Below, in pieces: positions 38,927 through 46,851 of a stretch of DNA of 64,000 nucleotides. The stretch spans positions 1,728,001-1,792,000 of the forward strand of contig OZ242029.1 in the NCBI GenBank assembly GCA_965205015.1. Reading direction: 5' to 3'. A program made the translations under genes and the position numbers. Each line of letters begins with the position of its first letter. The stretch's first letter is position 1. The notes beneath the pieces were generated by a model that saw nothing but the letters and a program-made list of their open reading frames with translations, ran no database searches and was not told where the DNA came from. The DNA comes from Candidatus Poribacteria bacterium (lineage in GTDB: Bacteria; Poribacteria; WGA-4E; WGA-3G).

Positions 38927-39349
38927 CTACGCGCCTAACAATTCAGCTTTATATTCTTCAACAATTGCCGCTAAAACAGATTCAGGGATATCCTCCAATT
39001 GCGACGCTAACTCTTCTTCGACGTTAACCATCAGGCTGTGATCGAATGTTTCGCGTTCGGCGCACGGATCGAAGTATTCACCGTGTGCTTCCAGCAAAGT
39101 TGCCAAGTGTGCTGGGGTCAACCCCTCAGAGATACCGTGTAGACTCCATGCTGTCCCTCGGTAGCCTTTCTCATAATCGTCACCGAGGTGTTTCTGTAGA
39201 ATTTCTTCTCTTTCAGTGCCTTGTGCCCCACTGTTTTCAAGGTCTTCTGCTGCGGCAATTGCGCGCGGATCCAGTTCCACTTGAAACGCAGTTGCAGCAT
39301 CCGCCGCTGGAACGGGATAAATTTTGTAGATTTCCATGTTTTTCTCCAT
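38927..39349 (-). CDS. Acidic hypothetical protein
   Basis: 140-aa ORF with protein-like composition, in the same orientation as its neighbours. Confidence 0.6.
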   Translation of the reverse strand: MEKNMEIYKIYPVPAADAATAFQVELDPRAIAAAEDLENSGAQGTEREEILQKHLGDDYEKGYRGTAWSLHGISEGLTPAHLATLLEAHGEYFDPCAERETFDHSLMVNVEEELASQLEDIPESVLAAIVEEYKAELLGA

Positions 39350-39414
39350 AAGCTGTTAACTTTGGTATATAGCAAGTTTTGATGAAGTTTAAATAAATAT
39401 TTCGGTAATTCTAT

Positions 39415-39512
39415 TTGAAAGAACGATTGTAGGGGCAGGTCTTGTGCCTGCCCACGCATTACGGATTGAAAGAACGATTGTAGGGGCAGGTCTTGTACCT
39501 GCCCACGCATTA
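39415..39512 (+). repeat. Tandem pair (51-bp period) of GTAG-family REP palindromes
   Basis: GTAG-GGGCAGG-TCTTGT[GA]-CCTGCCC twice. Further copies at 45152-45176, 45235-45259 and 46671-46695. Confidence 0.85.
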
Positions 39513-39513
39513 A

Positions 39514-39545
39514 AGGCGGTCCCATCGGATGGGAACCGCCCATTT
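39514..39545 (-). terminator. Intrinsic terminator-like hairpin downstream of the SDR gene
   Basis: GGCGGTTCCCATC-C-GATGGGACCGCC followed by TTT on the minus strand. Confidence 0.55.
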
Positions 39546-39567
39546 CTCTACGTTTAGAAAATGTCTA

Positions 39568-40350
39568 CTATACCACCGCGGAAAGTCCGCCATCAATATT
39601 GATCGCAGTCCCTGTAATAAACGATGCACACTCCGAAACGAGGAAGGCGACAAGATTGCCCACCTCACCCGGTTCCCCTAAACGTCCGAGCGGATGCTCC
39701 GCACCCCGTTCTTCCCAATAGTCCTCGAGCGTTCCGGGTGAACCCGCGGCTTTCCAGGCGCGTTCCCCCTGGGCACTCTTAATCGAGGTCAGACAGACCG
39801 TGTTAACCAAGATTTTGTGAGGTAGCAGTTCTTTAGAGAGTGCCTTCGTCAGAGCGATGCCAGCCGCTCGACTGACGGAGGTCGGACAAGAACCTGCACT
39901 GGGCTGTTTGCCGCCCGGATGCGTGATGTTGATAATCCTACCACTGCCGTTGTTTTTCATGTGCGGGATTGCCAATCGTGCGCAGCGGATAGCACCCATT
40001 AACTTGAGATCCAAGTCCTCGTACCAATCCGCATCGCTGGTACTTTCAAACGCACCCCCCGCAGACTTGCCCGCGTTATTGACTAAAATGTCAATCTTTC
40101 CGAAATGGGTTACGGTTTGTCCAATAAGGTTCTCCAGCGTCTCCGGTTTCGTTACATCCGCCGGGATTGCCAGCACTTCACCACCGGTTTGTGCGCGGAT
40201 ATCTTCAGCCGCATCTGCTAAGACTGATTCGCGTCTCCCGCAAATTGCGACTTTCGCGCCCTCTTCACACAAACGGAGCGCAATACCTTTGCCAATTCCC
40301 TCGCTACCACCGGTAATAATGGCTACTTTTCCAGTTAATCCGAGTTCCAT
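39568..40350 (-). CDS. Short-chain dehydrogenase/reductase
   Basis: TGGSEGIG, ILVNNAG, ASFITGTAINIDGG; atypical SVSRA in place of YxxxK. Confidence 0.9.
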   Translation of the reverse strand: MELGLTGKVAIITGGSEGIGKGIALRLCEEGAKVAICGRRESVLADAAEDIRAQTGGEVLAIPADVTKPETLENLIGQTVTHFGKIDILVNNAGKSAGGAFESTSDADWYEDLDLKLMGAIRCARLAIPHMKNNGSGRIINITHPGGKQPSAGSCPTSVSRAAGIALTKALSKELLPHKILVNTVCLTSIKSAQGERAWKAAGSPGTLEDYWEERGAEHPLGRLGEPGEVGNLVAFLVSECASFITGTAINIDGGLSAVV

Positions 40351-40434
40351 ATTTTTAATTTTCCTTGCGGTTAAACGACGTGAGTTAAATGTGTGTCGTG
40401 CCTTCCTCAGGTCCGCCTGCGCCGTTGTTGCAGG

Positions 40435-42063
40435 CTACCGTTTTGGCTCTGGCATTCTTTGGGTTAAAGAATAAATTACTTGCGGGACTGCTTTGAGCAC
40501 GTCGCTGGCAATGAGTCCGTGCATCCCCAATCTCTCCGCTGCACTATCTCCCGCTAAACCGTGTAGATAGACGCCAAGCGCGGCTGCATGTTCGCTGGAT
40601 ATGCCTTGCGCTACTAATCCCGCGATGATACCTGTGAGCACATCACCCATGCCACCTGTTGCCATGCCGGGATTACCAGTTGAATTTACCCATAGATTAC
40701 CCTTTGGATCGCTGATAACGGTTGGTGCCCCTTTAAATACAAGGGTTACACCGTGTTCACTCGCAAATTGCTGGGCGGTGCTAATCCTATCTGACTCTAA
40801 TGTAGGCACTGCGGTATTCGTTAACCGCGCCATCTCACCGGGATGCGGTGTGAGCACCGTCTCGGTGTTGAGGAATGAGAGGGTTTCTCTATCTTGCGCG
40901 AGGGCATTCAATCCATCCGCATCGATAACCATTCGTAACGCAAGTCCCGATTCTCGATTCTCACGTATTAATTGATGGACGAGTGCTACTGTTTCGGGAT
41001 GTTGGGAAAGTCCCGGACCGATTGCAAGTATTGATTTGGTTTTTTCCGCAAATTCGAGGATAGTTGAAGTCGTGGAGGCTGCTAAGCTCCCCGCGTCCGT
41101 TTCTGGGAGTGGTAGGGTCATCACCTCGGGGAGAAGACCCTCTAAAATTGGGTTGAGATGTTTCGGTGTCGCGAGTGTCACCAACCCTGCACCGGCGCGC
41201 AAAGCCGCTTCGCTTGCGAGTGCAGCGGCTCCAGTCATGCCTGTCGAGCCAGCGACGACAAGCACGCGTCCATAACTCCCTTTGTGGGAAGATAGCGGAC
41301 GCGAGGGCATCCATTGTGATGCTTGTGTTGCTGTGGTCCAGTTTACCTTGATGTCTTGTGCGTTTACAACCTGTTCTGGGAAACCGATGTCGGCAACTTC
41401 CAGTTTTCCGGCGAGTTCGGCACCCGGATGCATCAACAGTCCCCTTTTGGGTAAGCCTATCGTTACGGTTCGATCCGCTCGAACACAGGTACCTAACGGA
41501 TGTCCCGTGTCTGCATCCAGACCGGAAGGCAGGTCGACAGAAAGGGTGGGTGTTGGAAGCCTGTTGATGGCGTTAATTACGGTAGCGATTGGATCGCGCA
41601 CCGCACCCCGCAACCCGGTACCCAAGATCGCATCCACAAGAAGCTCGCAACGCGCGAAGGTAGTAGGCACAGTCCCTGTGCCGTAAAACCCCGTCCCCGT
41701 CAGAATTTCCTCAATTCGCAACCCACCTTTTGGCGCAGCTTGCAAGCCAAAACTTGCTATTAAACGTTTCGCAATTTGAAGATTAATCTGTGCCTCTCCC
41801 GTAAAACTGTCTTCAGGAGAAACCAAGAAGAGAAGCACATCGCGCCCTATGTGAGCGAGTTGACGTGCGATAACGATCCCATCGCCGCCATTGTTACCCT
41901 TACCCGCAAAAATGCCAATCCGTTGACAGGTCGGGTAGTGTTGTTCGATTGCGCGGACAATGGCACTCCCAGCGGTTTCCATCAGAACGATGCCGGGAAT
42001 GCCAATACCTTCAATGGTGTCCTGATCGATCTGGCGCATTTCCGTCGCTGTCACGACTCTCAT
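40435..42063 (-). CDS. nnr: Bifunctional NAD(P)H-hydrate epimerase/dehydratase
   Basis: LMETAG, GKGNNGGDG, VDAILGTG, DLPSG, HKGSYG, IGPGL, DADGLN, TPHPGEMARL, GMATGGMGDVLTG. Confidence 0.95.
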   Translation of the reverse strand: MRVVTATEMRQIDQDTIEGIGIPGIVLMETAGSAIVRAIEQHYPTCQRIGIFAGKGNNGGDGIVIARQLAHIGRDVLLFLVSPEDSFTGEAQINLQIAKRLIASFGLQAAPKGGLRIEEILTGTGFYGTGTVPTTFARCELLVDAILGTGLRGAVRDPIATVINAINRLPTPTLSVDLPSGLDADTGHPLGTCVRADRTVTIGLPKRGLLMHPGAELAGKLEVADIGFPEQVVNAQDIKVNWTTATQASQWMPSRPLSSHKGSYGRVLVVAGSTGMTGAAALASEAALRAGAGLVTLATPKHLNPILEGLLPEVMTLPLPETDAGSLAASTTSTILEFAEKTKSILAIGPGLSQHPETVALVHQLIRENRESGLALRMVIDADGLNALAQDRETLSFLNTETVLTPHPGEMARLTNTAVPTLESDRISTAQQFASEHGVTLVFKGAPTVISDPKGNLWVNSTGNPGMATGGMGDVLTGIIAGLVAQGISSEHAAALGVYLHGLAGDSAAERLGMHGLIASDVLKAVPQVIYSLTQRMPEPKR

Positions 42064-42467
42064 GCAGCATCGCTCTGCAATTTGTCCGCGAGCCCTAACA
42101 GGTGCGCTTCCATTTGCGGGATTGCCTGTTCTAAGGTTTCCTGCGCTATCTGTATTTCTTGAACCCTTTCATCTTGGTGGGTTTGGAGACAGAAATTCAA
42201 ATTTTTGCGGAGATCGAACAGGCTCTGCTGAATGTGGTCTTGGAAAGTACCGTCTGGGTACATCCACCGTCTACCGCGGGTCTGCCGCAGATTAAAATGG
42301 CAATGCCCATTATCGCCACCGAAGCAATCGAAGCGCATAATTTCATCGTCATAAACGAATAACGAAGCCGCAGGACCGCGTCCGCCGGCATCGTCACGCC
42401 AGTATGATTCTAACCGAACGTTCTCCTGGATGGGGTATTCAACCAGGTCGTGTTTTTCATTCGCCAT
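42060..42467 (-). CDS. Hypothetical protein (DUF7700-like RFDCF...HxH motif)
   Basis: AAGGAGG before ATG at 42467; MRFDCFGGDNGHCHF; its stop overlaps the nnr start codon. Confidence 0.7.
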   Translation of the reverse strand: MANEKHDLVEYPIQENVRLESYWRDDAGGRGPAASLFVYDDEIMRFDCFGGDNGHCHFNLRQTRGRRWMYPDGTFQDHIQQSLFDLRKNLNFCLQTHQDERVQEIQIAQETLEQAIPQMEAHLLGLADKLQSDAA

Positions 42468-42622
42468 CTGTAGACCCTCCTTGGGTGTTTCTACGCGATT
42501 ATGGTCGCGTCTAACAGGACCAGGATAAAAAAGTGACTTGAATTTGAACCAGATTTGCGCTAAAGTATAGCAAACCCAGAAATAGAAGTCAATAAGCAAT
42601 TTATAAAGGATGGAGCGATAAC

Positions 42623-43588
42623 GTGCATATTTCGATCGCTGATGCGCGGCAGCTCGCGGAAACTTTTTTGGCAAAAAGCGGCATGCCCCCAACGGATGCC
42701 GCTATTATTGCAGATGTTCTATTAGAAGCAGAACTCCGCGGGCGAAAAACACACGGCTTTATCCGATTGACCGGAATTAAAAGCCGTTATGAACAGGGCG
42801 AACGGACTGACATCCGGATTGACGAGGAAAAAGGACCCTGCGTGCGGATTGATGGTGGAAATCAACCCGGTTACCTCGTCGCTTATCGTGCAATGGAGCT
42901 CGCCATTGAACGCGCAAAACAGAGCGGTGCAAGCATCGTTGGTGTTTACAATACATCACATTGTGGTATGGCAGGATACTACGTCGATATGGCACGAAAG
43001 GCGGATGTCGTTGGACTCCTCTTCGTTGACTGTCTACCCCGAATTACGCCCGAGGGCGGAACCGAAGCCATTTTAGGCACCAATCCAATCGCTGTTGGAA
43101 TCCCATCCAACACAGTCCCACTTCTCTTTGATATGTCTACCGCTGCGATTACCAATGGCGATCTGCTCGTCGCCATGCAGGAAGGTGCTCCAATTGCTGA
43201 AGGAATCGCCTTTGATCCGGAGGGTGAGCCGACCACGGATGCCGATGCAGCGTTGAAGGGGAGTGTGCGTCCATTCGGTGGACATAAGGGGTTCGGACTT
43301 GCGCTTATCACACAAATCCTTGCGGGTGCCTTGGTCAATGCCGCGACAATCCCACTTCCCGGTAAAAACTACGGCTTACTTATTGTTGCGATAGACCCAA
43401 CAAGTTTTGTTCCATTGCCCCAGTTCAAGACGGAAGTCGATACCCTCATTGCGCGCGTCAAAAAGAACCGCCGAGAAGCAGGCGTTGCGGAAATCCTGAT
43501 CCCCGGTGAACGCGCCTATCGTCAAAGGGAGATACACCTCGCGAACGGTATCCACTTAGAGGACACACTCGTTAATCAATTAACGTAA
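42623..43588 (+). CDS. Ldh_2 family oxidoreductase (ComC/AllD/YiaK-like)
   Basis: AELRGRKTHG, SHCG, GTNPIA, FDMST, GGHKGFGL, IPGE. Confidence 0.93.
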   Translation: MHISIADARQLAETFLAKSGMPPTDAAIIADVLLEAELRGRKTHGFIRLTGIKSRYEQGERTDIRIDEEKGPCVRIDGGNQPGYLVAYRAMELAIERAKQSGASIVGVYNTSHCGMAGYYVDMARKADVVGLLFVDCLPRITPEGGTEAILGTNPIAVGIPSNTVPLLFDMSTAAITNGDLLVAMQEGAPIAEGIAFDPEGEPTTDADAALKGSVRPFGGHKGFGLALITQILAGALVNAATIPLPGKNYGLLIVAIDPTSFVPLPQFKTEVDTLIARVKKNRREAGVAEILIPGERAYRQREIHLANGIHLEDTLVNQLT

Positions 43589-43616
43589 TAGATTTTCCGT
43601 CGCGTTGAAAAGCAAC

Positions 43617-43645
43617 TTGCTTAAGGTTCGCCTTTCTGATATACT
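43617..43645 (+). promoter_or_regulatory. Sigma70 promoter (second copy at 44252-44280)
   Basis: TTGCTT-17 nt-TATACT with an extended -10 TG. Confidence 0.75.
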
Positions 43646-43652
43646 ATAAAAA

Positions 43653-43738
43653 CCAGTTTGGGTGGCACTGCGAAGCATCCCCGCAAGGGATATCTGCCAC
43701 CTTCCCACCTTCGCAGGGGGATAAAACACTGGCACTGG
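43653..43738 (+). ncRNA. Putative structured RNA leader (second copy at 44288-44373)
   Basis: Complementary segments CCAGU/ACUGG, GGGUGGCA/UGCCACCU, CUGCGAAG/CUUCGCAG, AUCCCC/GGGGAU. Differences in copy 2 keep the pairing. Confidence 0.55.
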
Positions 43739-43746
43739 AACCTCCC

Positions 43747-44109
43747 ATGAAAATGATTTTGCTTTTCTCAATACTCTTCTGTGTGATCGCCATGCCAGCA
43801 ATTGGGGCACTCAGCGATGCTGACCTTGACAAAATCCGCTTGATGGTCAAGGAGGAACTCAATGAGGAACTCAAGCCTGTAAAAGCAGATATAGAAACAT
43901 TAAAAACTGAAGTCGCCTATGTGCGAGGCAAACTTGATATTCTGGATAAATACGTTATCGCTGTGATAGCATTGATCGTCATTGCTGTTGGGGCACCACA
44001 AATCGTCACGGCATGGCGCAGTAGAAGAGACCGCACTCTCGAAAAGCAGATTGAAACCCTTACACAGGAAATCGAAACGATCAAGCAACAGCGGATTGTA
44101 AGTCCGTGA
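43747..44109 (+). CDS. Small exported coiled-coil protein with a single TM helix
   Basis: Signal peptide, coiled coil, TM helix VIAVIALIVIAVGAP, C-terminal coiled coil. Confidence 0.85.
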   Translation: MKMILLFSILFCVIAMPAIGALSDADLDKIRLMVKEELNEELKPVKADIETLKTEVAYVRGKLDILDKYVIAVIALIVIAVGAPQIVTAWRSRRDRTLEKQIETLTQEIETIKQQRIVSP

Positions 44110-44240
44110 CCCCCACAGACCGTGGGTGTTTTTGCTTGGGTGTCCATAGTGTTTTTCTCAGTTCCGCGCAACCCAACCTACGATGCTAACGAGGGACGGG
44201 AAAATGTTTATCTATTTTTAGGATTCCCTATGATGCTGTC

Positions 44241-44792
44241 TGAAAAGCAACTTGCTTAAGGTTCGCCTTTCTGATATACTATAAAAACCAGTTTGGGTGG
44301 CACTGCGAAGCATCCCCGCAACGGATGTCTGTCACTCTCCTACCTTCGCAGGGGGATAAAACACTGGCACTGGAACCTCCCATGAAAATGATTTTGCTTT
44401 TCTCAATACTCTTCTGTGCAATCGCCATGCCAGCAATTGGGGCACTCAGCGATGCTGACCTTGACAAAATCCGCTTGATTGTCAATGATTCCGAAAAGCG
44501 TGTTAAAGAGGAAGTCAAAGCAGAGATCACGATAACCCACACGAAACTTGACGGGTTAGACACACGACTTCGAACTGTAGAGACAAACGTTGCATGGACG
44601 CGCGGAAAACTTGACAGTCTCGACAAACACATCAATTGGCTGATGGCACTCATTATAGTCGCCGTCGGGATTCCACAGGTTATCGTCGCGTGGCGCAGCA
44701 GAAAAGACCGCGCCCTCGAAAAGCAGATTGAAACCCTTACACAGGAAATCGAAACGATCAAGCAACAGCGGATTGTAAGCCCCTGACCCCCA
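44241..44792 (+). repeat. Cassette copy 2
   Basis: Matches 43606-44115 at both ends. Confidence 0.9.
44382..44786 (+). CDS. Small exported coiled-coil protein with a single TM helix (paralogue of 43747-44109)
   Basis: Start assigned by homology with copy 1 (MKMILLFSILFC); identical C-terminus LEKQIETLTQEIETIKQQRIVSP. Confidence 0.85.
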   Translation: MKMILLFSILFCAIAMPAIGALSDADLDKIRLIVNDSEKRVKEEVKAEITITHTKLDGLDTRLRTVETNVAWTRGKLDSLDKHINWLMALIIVAVGIPQVIVAWRSRKDRALEKQIETLTQEIETIKQQRIVSP

Positions 44793-44971
44793 TCCGAAAA
44801 CAGGTCTTTCACCTCTATTACGGAGAAGACCTGTCCATCAAAGCCATCGCATCACTTTTGAAACGTTCCCAAGGCACGATCAAAACCCACCTCCGCCACG
44901 CACGCCTTCAGCGCCGAGAGTTGCTCACACCATATCTGCAAAACCGAGACCTCCCTCACATGCGCACTTAG
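44783..44971 (+). pseudogene. 3' fragment (region 4) of an ECF sigma factor gene
   Basis: My translation: LTPIRKQVFHLYYGEDLSIKAIASLLKRSQGTIKTHLRHARLQRRELLTPYLQN...stop. It aligns with the C-terminus of the 14782-15411 sigma and has no upstream start. Confidence 0.8.
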
Positions 44972-45047
44972 AGACTTCTCAGAATCTCTTGCATTTTATC
45001 GCAAACCTGTTATAAAATGAACATCGGAAACACCTCTTTTGTAGAAT

Positions 45048-45267
45048 AGGACTTACGCAATTTCTATGGAAGACCTACGGCCCACACGCCGCTGGCGAGG
45101 TTTGATGAAGTTTAAGACAATATTTCGGTAATTCTATCCCAAAAAACAACTGTAGGGGCAGGTCTTGTGCCTGCCCACGCATTATCTTGTGCCTGCCCAC
45201 GCATTACCGAATTAAATTGTTAATCCTAACGACTGTAGGGACAGGTCTTGTGCCTGCCCACGCATTA
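45048..45267 (+). mobile_element. Nested MITE/REP composite
   Basis: Left part of the AGGACTTACGCA element, broken at GGCGAGGTTTGA and followed by TGAAGTTTAA...TTCGGTAAT-REP-ATTACCGAA and a further REP. Confidence 0.65.
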
Positions 45268-45332
45268 CTATTATGGTTGATTCGTGTGATTTAACCAATT
45301 GACTTGACCGAACCGCAAGGAATAATTAAAAA

Positions 45333-46343
45333 ATGGAAACTACTTTTAAAGCAGGCGTTATCGGTTGTGGCGGACGGGGACGCTCGCATGCACGCGGGTA
45401 TCAAGCCTCCTCAGATGTGGACATCGTCGCCTGCTCTGACCCAGTTGAAGATGCGCGGAACGACTTTGCAGAGCAGTTTGAGGTACCCAACACCTACGAA
45501 AGTTATCAAGAGATGCTGGATACAGAATCCCTTGATTTCGTCAGCGTCTGCACGTGGATTGAACTCCATAAGGATATGGTCATCGCCGCCGCCAAGAGTG
45601 GAATTCGAGCCATCCATTGTGAGAAACCGATGGCACCCACGTGGGGTGATGCGAAGGCGCTCTATCAAGCCTGTGTTGATAACAACGTCGTGATAACGTT
45701 CTGTCATCAACGCCGTTTCGGCGCGCAGTTCGTCAAAGCGAAACGCTTGGCAAATGAAGGCGCAATCGGTGAGTTGCGGCGGCTTGAAGGGGCATGTCCC
45801 AATTTGCTTGACTGGGGAACACACTGGTTTGATATGTTCCTTTTCTACAATAATGACGAACCTGTTGACTGGGTTATCGGTCAAATAGATGTAGCAGAGG
45901 AAAAGACCGTCTTCGGTGTTCAGGTTGAAACGAGTGGAATCTCGTGGATTCGCTGGAAGAACGGCGTTGAAGGGCTGCTCGCAACGGGGGATACGTCTTT
46001 AGGCGGCTTCGGCAACCGTCTCATCGGTACGAAAGGTATCATTGATGTGGGAGGGGGTGGCGCGCCGTTGCGGATGCTCCGTGAAGGCGGAGACGGATGG
46101 GAAGTGCCCGATTTAAGCGATTTAAGCCCTGAACGCGACGCAACCACACTCTCTATACTTGATCTGATCCACGGTGTAAAGACAGGACGAGAGCCGGAAC
46201 TCAGCGGTCGCAAAGCACTTCAGGCAACCGAACTCATTTTTGCAACGTATCAGTCGAGCCGACAGCGTGCAAAGGTGAATTTGCCGCTGACAGTGGACGA
46301 TTCGGCGTTGCTGACCATGGTTGCCACTGGCGATATCGGTTAG
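45333..46343 (+). CDS. Gfo/Idh/MocA family oxidoreductase
   Basis: GVIGCGGRG, CEKPMA, HQRRF, DWGTHWFD. Confidence 0.93.
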   Translation: METTFKAGVIGCGGRGRSHARGYQASSDVDIVACSDPVEDARNDFAEQFEVPNTYESYQEMLDTESLDFVSVCTWIELHKDMVIAAAKSGIRAIHCEKPMAPTWGDAKALYQACVDNNVVITFCHQRRFGAQFVKAKRLANEGAIGELRRLEGACPNLLDWGTHWFDMFLFYNNDEPVDWVIGQIDVAEEKTVFGVQVETSGISWIRWKNGVEGLLATGDTSLGGFGNRLIGTKGIIDVGGGGAPLRMLREGGDGWEVPDLSDLSPERDATTLSILDLIHGVKTGREPELSGRKALQATELIFATYQSSRQRAKVNLPLTVDDSALLTMVATGDIG

Positions 46344-46401
46344 ACGCTATACGACAGGTTACAGGCGCGGTTCACAAGTTAACCGCGCATTGTAACAGTT
46401 C

Positions 46402-46494
46402 AGGACTTACGCAATTTGCGGGTGATACGCTACAATTCACACGCCGCTGGCGAGGTTTGAAACCTCGCCCAGCACAGGGTGCTGCGTAAGTCCT
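46402..46494. mobile_element. 93-bp MITE-like element with 12-bp terminal inverted repeats
   Basis: AGGACTTACGCA ... TGCGTAAGTCCT with an internal hairpin GGCGAGGTTT-G-AAACCTCGCC. Confidence 0.7.
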
Positions 46495-46851
46495 ACAGTG
46501 TTTCGCTCCGTTGGTGTCTCTATAATTTTATCAACCTAATTGAAATTTCTGCGTCTAATCAGAATAAAGGGGATTCTTACACATCTGTTCCCCAAGAACG
46601 TGAAATCAAATAATCGGAAGCAGTCAATAGATACAAAATATGGTAAACCCGAAAAATAAATAGACATCTCGTAGGGGCAGGTCTTGTACCTGCCCGCCAA
46701 TGCATAGGTCCATAATGTCCAATTAATTCTAAGGTTTACCATAGTTAACAGAGGTCGGTTAAGGGACTGTCCTGTTGAACCAGAGTCCTCTTTAAATTTT
46801 AATGAATAACTGGCACCTGTAAAAATAGGGCACGGAATCTGTCCGGAAAAC

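Larger units (their letters stand above)
43606..44115 (+). repeat. Cassette copy 1: promoter + structured leader + coiled-coil gene
   Basis: Near-identical to 44241-44792 at both ends; unrelated in the middle of the CDS. Confidence 0.9.

Noticed and set aside
39415-39512. Possible CRISPR array
   Set aside because: Only two units, the 'spacer' is itself repeated, no cas genes are present, and the unit is a dispersed GTAG-REP.
39118-39543. 141-aa ORF with a repeated MRGQxQDLPLQSFFQ peptide
   Set aside because: Translation of the tandem REP; it overlaps the better-supported 38927-39349 gene in another frame.
43653-43738. HDV-like ribozyme assignment for the leader RNA
   Set aside because: Helix order is superficially similar, but the GG for P1.1 after P1, the 3-bp P3 and the P4/J4-2 catalytic segment are not evident; left unassigned.
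43580-43810. Antisense small ORF using GGGAGG as RBS (type I toxin-antitoxin idea)
   Set aside because: The equivalent frame in copy 2 hits TGA after about 12 codons, so it is not conserved.
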